Shown here one piece after another: positions 35,660 through 44,485 of a DNA stretch of 48,605 nt. The stretch covers positions 1 to 48,605 of the forward strand of contig DASWEO010000143.1 of assembly GCA_036394715.1 (NCBI GenBank). Reading direction: 5' to 3'. The DNA comes from Steroidobacteraceae bacterium (GTDB taxonomy: Bacteria > Pseudomonadota > Gammaproteobacteria > Steroidobacterales > Steroidobacteraceae). Within the stretch, counting starts at the first letter, position 1. Every line of letters starts with the position of its first letter. Both the position numbers and the translations under genes were made by a program. The notes beneath the pieces are model-generated. The model worked only from the letters and a program-made list of their open reading frames with translations, was not told where the DNA came from and did no database searches.

Positions 35660-35674
35660 GCAAGCCACGTGCCA
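35660..35674 (-). promoter_or_regulatory. sigma-54 (-24/-12) promoter of fliK
   Basis: Minus strand reads TGGCACG-TGGC-TTGCT, a full match to the TGGCACG-N4-TTGCW consensus. Only 13 nt separate the TTGC from the ATG at 35646. Confidence 0.7.
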
Positions 35675-35700
35675 GACGACCTGCCTCCGATGCCGCGATG

Positions 35701-37131
35701 TCAGCGGACCTGCGCCAAGGCGGGCTCACGTTTGGGCGCGAAGGGGCGCCCACAGCGCAGGAAGCGGCCGCGGCCGGCGGTCGAATGCGCCTGTCCGTCC
35801 GCGTATACGATTTCGCCACGAGAGATTGTGATGACCGGCCATCCTCGTACTTGCATTCCTTCGTACGGAGTGTGATCGACTGCATGGTGCAGCATTGCAT
35901 TGCGGATCGTCACGATTTTATCCGGATCCCAGATCGCCAAATCCGCGTCCGAACCGACGGCGATGATCCCCTTCCTGGGGTAAAGCCCATAGAGCTTTGC
36001 CGGCGTGGTCGTGGTGATGTCCACGAATTGATTCAGGGTGAGCCGGCCCTCGGTTTGAGTCGCCGAGAAGAAGAGCGGGAGCCGAGTCTCGATTCCCGGA
36101 ATCCCATTGAGAACATCCTTGAAGGGGGTGTTCGGACCGCCGGCGATCTTGTCGGCATAGTTCCAGGGCGAGTGGTCCGACGAGAAGACGGCAAGCGTTC
36201 CGTCCAAGACGCCACGCCACATCCCGGGTTGATTGGCGCGCTCGCGCGGAGGCGGTGTGCAGACGCACTTGGCGCCGCTCATATCGACCGTATCGATGTC
36301 CTCCGACGAGAGGAACAGATATTGCGGGCAGGTCTCGGCAAAAATCGGCAGGCCGCGCGCCTGCGCACGCCGAACCTCCTCGACCACGCTGGCCGAAGAC
36401 ACGTGCACGATCAGGATGGGAGTCTCGATGAGTTCAGCGAAACTAATCACTCTGAAGGCCGCCTCCCGCTCGCCGATCGACGGATGGGCGGTGACGTGGT
36501 ATCGGAGGGCGGTTTTCCGGTTTTCGAGCAGCCGGTCGGTCAACCATCGGATGCACGCGTCATTCTCGGCGTGAACCATGACCATGACGCCTTCCTGACG
36601 CGCCCGCTCGAGAACGGTCAGTACCTCGTAATCGTCGAGCTTGAGCCCCTCGTAGGTGAGGTAGATCTTGATCGAGGTGCAACCTTGTTCGATCAGCTCC
36701 GGCAATTCTTTCGACAGCACCTCCGGCGTGGGATCGCCCACGATCAAATGGAAGCCGTAGTCGATATGCGCCTTCGGACGAGCACGCTCGTGGTAATCAT
36801 CGACGATTCTGCGCAAGGATTGTCCGCGCATTTGCATCGCAAAGGGCAACACGGTGGTGTTGCCGCCGCAGAGCGCCGACAGCGTGCCGCTGCGGAAATC
36901 ATCCGCAGTGCTGCGGCCTTCCCAGGGCTGTTGATCCATATGGCAGTGACTGTCGACTCCGCCCGGGAGCACGAGCCGCCCGGCGGCATCGACCGTCTTC
37001 CGGGCCGCCAGGGCATGCGGACCGATGTGTGCAATGAGACCTTTGCGCACGCCGATGTTCGTCTGCACAGGACCCTCGGGCAGCACGACCGCCCCACCCG
37101 TAATGGCCAGATCGTAAAGGGCGTCATCCAC
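35701..37131 (-). CDS. D-hydantoinase / dihydropyrimidinase (cyclic amidohydrolase)
   Basis: Metal and carbamyl-Lys motifs PGGVDSHCHMDQ, TSIKIYLTY, VHAEND, ETCPQYL, SSDHSPW. GTG 37131 is preceded by GAGGAA at 9 nt; the track start at 37227 is probably too far upstream. Confidence 0.85.
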   Translation of the reverse strand: MDDALYDLAITGGAVVLPEGPVQTNIGVRKGLIAHIGPHALAARKTVDAAGRLVLPGGVDSHCHMDQQPWEGRSTADDFRSGTLSALCGGNTTVLPFAMQMRGQSLRRIVDDYHERARPKAHIDYGFHLIVGDPTPEVLSKELPELIEQGCTSIKIYLTYEGLKLDDYEVLTVLERARQEGVMVMVHAENDACIRWLTDRLLENRKTALRYHVTAHPSIGEREAAFRVISFAELIETPILIVHVSSASVVEEVRRAQARGLPIFAETCPQYLFLSSEDIDTVDMSGAKCVCTPPPRERANQPGMWRGVLDGTLAVFSSDHSPWNYADKIAGGPNTPFKDVLNGIPGIETRLPLFFSATQTEGRLTLNQFVDITTTTPAKLYGLYPRKGIIAVGSDADLAIWDPDKIVTIRNAMLHHAVDHTPYEGMQVRGWPVITISRGEIVYADGQAHSTAGRGRFLRCGRPFAPKREPALAQVR

Positions 37132-37279
37132 GTTCAAACATTCCTCACGGCGTTGGATGCGGCTATGATAGCTTTTGCGTGAGTCCACCGGTCGAGAGAA
37201 ATTCGCGAATGTTTTACGCGCCCCCAACTCTTGATTCTCGGATCATGAATCGTCGGATCCCGGTGCGGGCGCGCGCATT

Positions 37280-38464
37280 CTGAGCGCCGACCCTGCCAAT
37301 GCGGCCGACGTTCTCATCATTGGTGGGGGCATCGCCGGTGCGGGGGCGGCCTTCGAGGTTGCGGCGTTCGCCTCGGTGATCGTACTCGAGCGCGAGAGCC
37401 AGTGCGGCTATCATTCAACCGGACGGTCGGCGGCCAGCTTTACCGAGAACTACGGCGGCGACGTGGTGCGGCGTCTCGCCATCGCAAGCCGTGCATTCCT
37501 CGAGCGTCCGCCCGCCGACTTTTGCGATCATTCGCTGCTGTCGCCGCGCGGCATGATCACCATCGCACGGCCGGATCAGCTTGAGCTGCTGCAGCAGCAA
37601 TTCGAGCGTGCGCGGGCCTTGGTGCCGACCATCACCAAGATAGATGTTGCGGCTGCGATCGCCCGGGTGCCGATCCTGCGGCAGGATTATGTTGCCGGGG
37701 CATTCATCGAACCGCATTCCAAGGAATTGGACGTCCACGGCCTGCACCAGGGCTTCCTCCGGGCAGCGAAGTCGAGGGGTGCACGCGTCGCCGTGAACGC
37801 CGAAGTGCAGTCGATCGAGCGCAAACTCGAGCGCTGGTTCGTGACGACGCCGGCGGGAACATTTTGCGCGCCGACGCTGATCAACGCCGCGGGAGCGTGG
37901 GCCGACGGCATCGCGGAGCGAGCCGGCGTCCGCCCTCTGGGATTGGTGCCGAAGCGGCGTACCGCGTTCAACATACCCGCGCCTCTTGGGATGGACGTGA
38001 GGGGATGGCCCATGGTCAGTGACGTCGCGGAGGAGTTCTATTTCAAACCGGACGCCGGCCAGCTGTTCGTTTCGCCGGCGGATGCAACGCCCAGTGCCGC
38101 CGTGGACGCCTATCCCGAGGACCTCGACGTGGCGGCGGGGGTCGAGCGCATGGAGCGCGCCACCACGTTGAACGTTAAGCGCGTCTCTCGAGCCTGGGCG
38201 GGCCTCCGAACCTTCGCCTCCGACGCGTCGCCCGTCGTTGGCTTCGACAGCAGCGCGCCGGGATTTTTCTGGCTGGCCGGACAAGGGGGGTACGGCATCA
38301 AGACCTCCCCTTCCCTGTCGCGCGCCTGCGCTTCTTTGATTCGCGACCGGCGGTTACCGGACGACCTGATGCGGCTCGGAGTCACGGCATCCCAATTGTC
38401 GCCGGAGCGGCTGCGCGGACGCGATGCCCATCTCAATTCCAATTCCAAGGGGACGACGACTTGA
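37280..38464 (+). CDS. FAD-dependent oxidoreductase (DAO / D-amino-acid oxidase-dehydrogenase family); start codon unresolved
   Basis: Rossmann motif DVLIIGGGIAGAGAAFEV is encoded at 37307-37360, in frame but upstream of the first canonical start (GTG 37376). The frame opens after TGA 37232-37234. The only candidates before the motif are CTG 37280 and ATT 37277. C-terminal GQGGYGIKTSP. Confidence 0.7.
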   Translation: MSADPANAADVLIIGGGIAGAGAAFEVAAFASVIVLERESQCGYHSTGRSAASFTENYGGDVVRRLAIASRAFLERPPADFCDHSLLSPRGMITIARPDQLELLQQQFERARALVPTITKIDVAAAIARVPILRQDYVAGAFIEPHSKELDVHGLHQGFLRAAKSRGARVAVNAEVQSIERKLERWFVTTPAGTFCAPTLINAAGAWADGIAERAGVRPLGLVPKRRTAFNIPAPLGMDVRGWPMVSDVAEEFYFKPDAGQLFVSPADATPSAAVDAYPEDLDVAAGVERMERATTLNVKRVSRAWAGLRTFASDASPVVGFDSSAPGFFWLAGQGGYGIKTSPSLSRACASLIRDRRLPDDLMRLGVTASQLSPERLRGRDAHLNSNSKGTTT

Positions 38465-38808
38465 CCATCCATCGTTTCGATAACGGATCCCGCTTCTGCC
38501 GGGTGTTGAGCCACGGCGATACCGTGTATCTGGCGGGCATGACCGCCGACGATACCTCCGGGGACGTCGTCCAGCAGACGCGCGACACTCTGGCGAAGAT
38601 CGAGCACTATCTCGCCATGGCAGGGTCCGACAAGAGCAAGCTGCTGACGGCCGTGATCTGGTTGCGCGACATCGCCGACTTCGACCGCATGAACGGCGTG
38701 TGGGACGGCTGGATCGACCGATCGGCCATGCCGGTGCGCGCAACGGTGGAGGCACGCTTGGCCGGCGACAATTATCGCGTGGAGATCATGGTGACGGCGG
38801 CGCTGTGA
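38461..38808 (+). CDS. RidA/YjgF family reactive enamine-imine deaminase
   Basis: 115 aa. GDTVYLAGMTADD...TLAKIEHYLAMAGSDKSKLL...PVRATVEARL pattern of the RidA family. TTG start overlaps the preceding stop (TTGA). Confidence 0.8.
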   Translation: MTIHRFDNGSRFCRVLSHGDTVYLAGMTADDTSGDVVQQTRDTLAKIEHYLAMAGSDKSKLLTAVIWLRDIADFDRMNGVWDGWIDRSAMPVRATVEARLAGDNYRVEIMVTAAL

Positions 38809-38858
38809 ACGAACATTCCCTGCTTCCGCGGCTGCGCGATCAGTTGCACGGCGGCCGG

Positions 38859-40496
38859 ATGGACCGCCGTGAGTTCATCCGCTTCGCGACGCTACTGGGC
38901 GTGGCAGCCGGCACGGCCTATGCCATGGCCGGGATGTCCGCTCCGGCAATGGCGAGCAGCACGCTGCCGTTCCCCGCCGCCGAGCCGGGGGCAAAGCGCG
39001 GCGGAAAACTACGCGTCGGTGAAATGGTGGCCCGGATGGAGGACCCGGCAACCTATAACTGGAACGAAATGGCCAACCAGACACGTCCGATCTTGGAATA
39101 CCTGACGCTGGTGGGTCCCGACAATGTCGTGCGGCCCATGTTGATCGAATCGTGGAAGCCCTCTGCGGATCTCAAGACCTGGACGCTGCAGGTTCGCAGC
39201 GGCGTCATGTGGCACAACGGCGAGGAACTGACGGCCGAGCACGTGGCTTGGAACATTCGCCGCTGGTCGGATCCGGCCTTGGGCTCATCCAATCTTGGCC
39301 TATCAACCTTTGCAGCACTGACGGAGTACACGGGCGACAAGGACTCCAAAGGTAGAGCGGTGCGCAGGCCGCTGAAGAACGGCGTCGAAGTGCAGGACAG
39401 CCGTACCGTACGCCTCAACCTTGCGAAACCTGTTCTGTCGGTCGCGGAGGACTGCGGCGAATTTTGTACCTTGGTGGTGCATCCTTCCTTCAAGCCGCCG
39501 CTGTCGCACAATCCGATCGGCACCGGACCCTATACCTTGGTGGAGTTGCGCGTCGGCGATCGCTGCATTCTCAAGCGCATCACGAAAACCACGGACGGCA
39601 GGGATTTTCATTACTGGGGCGGCGATGTATTTCTGGACGAGATCCACTTCCATCATTACGAACAAGAAAACCAGACTGCGGCGCTGGCCTCCGGCAGCGT
39701 CGATGCAATCTATGAGCTTCCCGTCGAGCAGATCGAACTCGCGCGATCGATTCCCGGCGCGCAGATCCTCTCCGTTGAAACGGCGCAGACCCTGTGCTGC
39801 CGCATGCAGGTCGACGTAAAGCCCTTCAATGACATCCGCGTGCGGCGCGCCGTCGTCAAGGCAGCCGACAATGGAGCCATTAAGAAGCTGGTGTTCGGAG
39901 AACACGGTTCGGTCGCCGCCAATTTTCATGTCGCCCCCATTCACCCGGAGTATTTTCCGCTGCCCCTGCAGGTACGCGACGTCGCCGGCGCCAGACAACT
40001 GTTGAAGGAGGCCGGTTACGAAAACGGCATCGATCTCAACATCGTCGTCGGCAACAACGACGGCCCGTGGCAGCAGGCGGCCTGCGAAGCGCTGCGCGAC
40101 CAGGTCAAGGAGGCCGGGATCAATCTCGCCGTCACTGTAGTGCCGGCGACAAAGTTCTGGGAAATCTGGACGAAGGTGCCTTTCGGCGCCACCTCGTGGG
40201 CGCACCGCCCGCTCGGCACCATGGCACTCTCCCAGGCGTACCGCACCGGAGCGTCCTGGAACGAGAGCCACTTTTCCGATCCGGAATTCGACAAAGCTCT
40301 GTCGGAGGCCGAGGCGACCATTGATGTCCCGACCCGTAAGGCCAGGATGCAGAAGGTCGAGACGATTCTGCGGGACGCGGCCGTCGTGATTCAGCCGATG
40401 TGGCGGCCGGTATTCATTCTTGCTTCGGCCAGGGTGCATGGCTACAAGGCTCATCCGGCCAGGCAGATGCAGCTCACGAAGGTTTGGATGAGCTGA
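38859..40496 (+). CDS. ABC transporter substrate-binding protein, peptide/opine/nickel (family 5) type, Tat signal
   Basis: MDRREFIRFATLLGVAAGTAYAMAG twin-arginine signal. About 510-aa mature SBP_bac_5-like protein. Alternative GTG start at 38805 (GTGA overlap with the RidA gene). Confidence 0.82.
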   Translation: MDRREFIRFATLLGVAAGTAYAMAGMSAPAMASSTLPFPAAEPGAKRGGKLRVGEMVARMEDPATYNWNEMANQTRPILEYLTLVGPDNVVRPMLIESWKPSADLKTWTLQVRSGVMWHNGEELTAEHVAWNIRRWSDPALGSSNLGLSTFAALTEYTGDKDSKGRAVRRPLKNGVEVQDSRTVRLNLAKPVLSVAEDCGEFCTLVVHPSFKPPLSHNPIGTGPYTLVELRVGDRCILKRITKTTDGRDFHYWGGDVFLDEIHFHHYEQENQTAALASGSVDAIYELPVEQIELARSIPGAQILSVETAQTLCCRMQVDVKPFNDIRVRRAVVKAADNGAIKKLVFGEHGSVAANFHVAPIHPEYFPLPLQVRDVAGARQLLKEAGYENGIDLNIVVGNNDGPWQQAACEALRDQVKEAGINLAVTVVPATKFWEIWTKVPFGATSWAHRPLGTMALSQAYRTGASWNESHFSDPEFDKALSEAEATIDVPTRKARMQKVETILRDAAVVIQPMWRPVFILASARVHGYKAHPARQMQLTKVWMS

Positions 40497-40501
40497 CCCA
40501 G

Positions 40502-41452
40502 ATGGGGAATCTCATCGTCCGTCGCGTGACCCAGATGTTGCTGATCATGTTGACGGTCTCACTGCTGCTGTTCGCGATTTTCGACAGCGATCAGTTCCGC
40601 GAAAAGGCCGCCGTCGCCGAGCTCGGCGGATTCGGCGTGGCGACTCTGTCCGCCGACGATTACCACGAGTGGCTCGAGAAGAAAGGATTGAACGAACGCT
40701 TCTTGGCGCGCTACGGACGGTGGCTCGAATCCGTCCTGCACGGCGATATGGGCCAGTCGATCGAGAAAGACATTGCGGTGTCGGTCCTGTTGAAAGAGAG
40801 CTTGACCAACACCGGGATTCTGGCTTTCTTCGTGTTCTTGATCATGATTCCGGTGTCCCTTACCCTCGGCGTGCTCGCGGGGATGAATACGGGCTCACCC
40901 CTCGACAGGGTCATTTCCATCGTTGCCGTCTTGACGACGTCGATCCCGCAGATTGCGACGGCGGTGCTGCTCACGGTGATCCTGGCGTTGGGGTTGGGTT
41001 GGGTGCCCACCAAGTCGGCAATGGCCGACGGTTGGTCGTTTCGCGGACTGGTGCTGCCGCTGCTGACCCTATTGCTTTACGATATCGGGTACCTGGTGAG
41101 AATGACACGCGCCGCCATGACCGAGGTCATGGCGTCCCAGTACATTCGGACGGCGGTATTGAAGGGTTTGCCGTATCGGCGCGTCATTTTGAGACATGCG
41201 CTCAGGAATGCATTGATCGTCCCCGTGACGCTCATTTTTCTCGAGCTCAATGGGCTGCTCTCCCAGGTCGTCGTGGTCGAAGTGTTCTTTCAGTACGCGG
41301 GGTTCGGCCGCATGCTGTTCGATGCCGCCAATTTCGGCGATCTCCAGGTATTGCAAGCGGCGACGCTGGTGGCGGTATGCGTCGCAGTGGGCTCGCAATT
41401 GCTATCGGACGCTGCCTACGTTTTCCTCAATCCGCGCGTCCGTTTCACCTAG
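40502..41452 (+). CDS. ABC transporter permease (DppB/OppB-like)
   Basis: Start MGNLIVRRVTQMLLIMLTV. EAA-type loop YIRTAVLKGLPYRRVILRHALRNAL. Confidence 0.88.
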   Translation: MGNLIVRRVTQMLLIMLTVSLLLFAIFDSDQFREKAAVAELGGFGVATLSADDYHEWLEKKGLNERFLARYGRWLESVLHGDMGQSIEKDIAVSVLLKESLTNTGILAFFVFLIMIPVSLTLGVLAGMNTGSPLDRVISIVAVLTTSIPQIATAVLLTVILALGLGWVPTKSAMADGWSFRGLVLPLLTLLLYDIGYLVRMTRAAMTEVMASQYIRTAVLKGLPYRRVILRHALRNALIVPVTLIFLELNGLLSQVVVVEVFFQYAGFGRMLFDAANFGDLQVLQAATLVAVCVAVGSQLLSDAAYVFLNPRVRFT

Positions 41453-41459
41453 AACGCAT

Positions 41460-42428
41460 ATGAACTCTCGCGTAGTGATATTGCTCGCGCTGATCTGGTT
41501 TCCCCTGACCGCCTATGTGATGTTCCGCTCGGCGCTGGGCGCGCTCGCAAACTACCTGCTTCTGCCCGCCATTCCCAGCGTCATCGTGCTCTACGTCCTC
41601 GCGCTGCGCAGCTGGCGCGAGTCCTGGGTGGCAATCGTCGGCGTCAGTTTGATCTCCTTCTGGCTGCTGATGGCGGTGGCGGCGCCCTATCTGCCGCTGG
41701 TCGATCCCAACAAACCGCTGGTGCCCTTCTTGGCGCCGGGCGGCGTCAGACACGGGATACTGTTTCTATTGGGCTCGGACATGCGCGGCCGGGACGTCCT
41801 GTCGCGCACGGTGTGGGGCTGTCAACGCGTGTTGGTCTGGGGAATCACAGCCACCTCGGTGGCTTACGCGGTCGGCGCGGGCTGCGGCCTGATCGCCGGG
41901 TATCTCGGCGGCTGGTGGGATGAATTCGTATCGTTCGCCTCCAATGTGCTCCTGTCGTTCCCCGTGATGGTGTTGTTCATCCTGGTATTGAATCTACTCG
42001 GTCAGAGCGGCTTCAATATCATCATTGCGGTCACCTGTTCGTCGGCGCCCGTCATCATGCGCATCGTGCGCGGCTTGGCCTTGGACGCGAAGTCGCGCGA
42101 CTACATACAGGCAGCCCAAACCCGCGGCGAACATCCGCTCTGGATCATGTTGGTGGAGCTGCTGCCCAACGTGCGCGGACCGATTATCGTCGACGCCAGT
42201 CTGCGGCTCGGCTATACCACCGTCGCCATCACGACGCTGACGTTCTTAGGGTTGGGTCTGCAGCCGCCGGATCCCGATTGGGGCCTGATGATCAAGGAGG
42301 CCGCCACCGCCGCTCTATTGTGGAAATACTCCTACATGATGATCGTGCCGGCGTTGTCGGTGTCGAGCCTGATCTTGGGGTTCAATCTGATCGCCGATGG
42401 TTTGCGCGAAATGAGCCTGCGGGACTGA
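41460..42428 (+). CDS. ABC transporter permease (DppC/OppC-like)
   Basis: Start MNSRVVILLALIW. Loop DYIQAAQTRGEHPLWIMLVELLPNVRGPIIV. Confidence 0.88.
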   Translation: MNSRVVILLALIWFPLTAYVMFRSALGALANYLLLPAIPSVIVLYVLALRSWRESWVAIVGVSLISFWLLMAVAAPYLPLVDPNKPLVPFLAPGGVRHGILFLLGSDMRGRDVLSRTVWGCQRVLVWGITATSVAYAVGAGCGLIAGYLGGWWDEFVSFASNVLLSFPVMVLFILVLNLLGQSGFNIIIAVTCSSAPVIMRIVRGLALDAKSRDYIQAAQTRGEHPLWIMLVELLPNVRGPIIVDASLRLGYTTVAITTLTFLGLGLQPPDPDWGLMIKEAATAALLWKYSYMMIVPALSVSSLILGFNLIADGLREMSLRD

Positions 42429-42436
42429 CGCAAATC

Positions 42437-44485
42437 ATGAGTGCGCAAACGAACGCGGCGGCGCGCGCTACACCGATCCTGGAGTGCCGGAACCTGTCGA
42501 TTGCCTACGCCGGCCGCACGGGAGATGTGCCCGCGGTAATCGACTTCAATCTCGCGCTGATGCCCGGCGAGGCGCACGGTCTCGTCGGGGAATCAGGCTG
42601 CGGCAAGTCGACCATTGCGCTCGCCATCATGCAGTATCTGGGCAGAGCGGGCCGCGTCGTGGGCGGACGGATCCTGTTCCGGGGACGCGACCTATTGGCC
42701 ATGAAGGGCGAAGAATTGCGCAGCATACGCGGCGGCGCGATCGCCATGGTCTACCAGGAACCGATGGCATCGCTGAATCCCTCGATGACCATCGGTGCGC
42801 AGCTGATCGAAGTGCCGATGTACCATGAGAGCATGGAACGCCGCGCCGCCGCCGCGCGGGCACAGATGATGCTGGATCGGGTGCGCATGGCCGACGGCGA
42901 ACGAATCATGCGCTCTTATCCGCATCAGATTTCCGGCGGCCAGCAGCAGCGCGTCGTCATCGCCATGGCGCTGCTGTCGAATCCCGCCCTGCTCCTGCTC
43001 GATGAGCCCACCACTGCGCTCGACGTCACCGTGGAGGCGGGAATCGTGGATCTGATTCGCAACATCTCAACGGAGTTCGGCACGTCCATGCTGTACATCT
43101 CGCACAATTTGGGGCTGGTGCGGGAGACCTGCGATCGCGTCACCGTCATGTATTCCGGAGAAGCGGTGGAAGTCGGGTCCGTCGCCAGCGTATTCCGCGG
43201 CATGCGGCACCCTTACACTCGCGGACTATTCGCGTCGATGCCGGTGCCGAGCGCGGACAAGAACAGCCGCCCGCTGGTATCCATCCCCGGTCAGCCTCCG
43301 CCGCCCCGCGCCCGGCCGCCGGGCTGCTTCTTCGGACCGCGCTGCGCGTCCTTTGTCGCGGGGCGTTGCGACGCGCGGCCCGTTCCGCTGTCATCCATTG
43401 ACGCGTCGCAAGGCCATGCGTCTCGCTGCCTGCGAGTCGATGAAATCGCCTGGGATGCAGCGCCGGCGCCCGGACCCGGCAATATCACGGCAACCGTCGG
43501 TGACATCGTGCTCAAGGTCCAAGAGCTCTCCAAGCGCTTTCGGCACGTGACTGCAAACGACGGGCTGACATTCGATGCGCGGCGCGGGGAGACGGTTGCC
43601 ATCGTCGGCGAGTCCGGTTGCGGCAAGTCCACGTTCGCGCGCATCCTGATGGGTCTGATACAAGCGAATTCCGGATCGATCGACCTTGCGGGACTGGAAC
43701 TCAGCAAGCTGCCGGTGACGCGCAGGAACGCGAATACCATCCGCTCGTTGCAGATGATCTTTCAAAATCCATTCGACACGCTCAATCCCAGCCATACCGT
43801 GGGTTCACAGATTGCGCGCGTCATCCGCAAACTAGGCGTGCTGCGGGACGAGTCCCGGGTACGGGAGCGGGTCCTCGATCTGCTCGACTTGGTCAAGCTG
43901 CCGCGCGACTTCGCCGAGCGCCGCCCGCGGCAGTTGTCCGGCGGGCAAAAACAACGCGTCGGCGTGGCGCGCGCCTTCGCGGGCAATCCGAGCGTCGTCG
44001 TGGCCGACGAACCGCTCTCGGCACTCGACATGTCGGTGCAGGCAGCAGTGACGGAATTGCTGATCGACATTCAGAGGCGGGAGGGCACCACCCTGCTGTT
44101 CATCAGCCACGACCTGTCGGTGGTACGCTATTTGTCCGATCGCATCGTCGTCATGTACCTTGGCCAGATCATGGAGCAGGGGCGGACGCACGAGGTATTT
44201 ACGCCGCCCTATCATCCGTATACGGAGGCACTCCTGTCGGCAGTCCCGATTGCAGATCAGCGGTATGCCAAGCGCAAGGTGCTGCTGACCGGCGAAATCC
44301 CGTCGGCGGCGAATCCGCCCGCCGGCTGCCCCTTCTCGACCCGCTGCCCCTACCGGATCGTGGGCACCTGTGATCGACGTCCGCCGCCCGTCCAGGAATT
44401 CTCAGCGAGCCACCGCATTGCCTGTCATCTGCCGCGCGAGGAGTTGTTGGCGATGCAACCCGTCTTTGAGGAGGTGACACAGTGA
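42437..44485 (+). CDS. fused double ABC ATPase (DppD-DppF fusion, GsiA-like)
   Basis: 682 aa. Two Walker A motifs (GESGCGKST x2), two signature motifs (ISGGQQQRV, LSGGQKQRV), two Walker B motifs (LLLLDEPT, VVVADEPL). Confidence 0.9.
   Translation: MSAQTNAAARATPILECRNLSIAYAGRTGDVPAVIDFNLALMPGEAHGLVGESGCGKSTIALAIMQYLGRAGRVVGGRILFRGRDLLAMKGEELRSIRGGAIAMVYQEPMASLNPSMTIGAQLIEVPMYHESMERRAAAARAQMMLDRVRMADGERIMRSYPHQISGGQQQRVVIAMALLSNPALLLLDEPTTALDVTVEAGIVDLIRNISTEFGTSMLYISHNLGLVRETCDRVTVMYSGEAVEVGSVASVFRGMRHPYTRGLFASMPVPSADKNSRPLVSIPGQPPPPRARPPGCFFGPRCASFVAGRCDARPVPLSSIDASQGHASRCLRVDEIAWDAAPAPGPGNITATVGDIVLKVQELSKRFRHVTANDGLTFDARRGETVAIVGESGCGKSTFARILMGLIQANSGSIDLAGLELSKLPVTRRNANTIRSLQMIFQNPFDTLNPSHTVGSQIARVIRKLGVLRDESRVRERVLDLLDLVKLPRDFAERRPRQLSGGQKQRVGVARAFAGNPSVVVADEPLSALDMSVQAAVTELLIDIQRREGTTLLFISHDLSVVRYLSDRIVVMYLGQIMEQGRTHEVFTPPYHPYTEALLSAVPIADQRYAKRKVLLTGEIPSAANPPAGCPFSTRCPYRIVGTCDRRPPPVQEFSASHRIACHLPREELLAMQPVFEEVTQ

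Noticed and set aside
35698-37182. 494-aa plus-strand ORF
   Set aside because: It is antisense to the hydantoinase, whose metal-binding and carbamyl-lysine motifs are all present on the minus strand. The same logic applies to 37415-38284 and 39303-40454.
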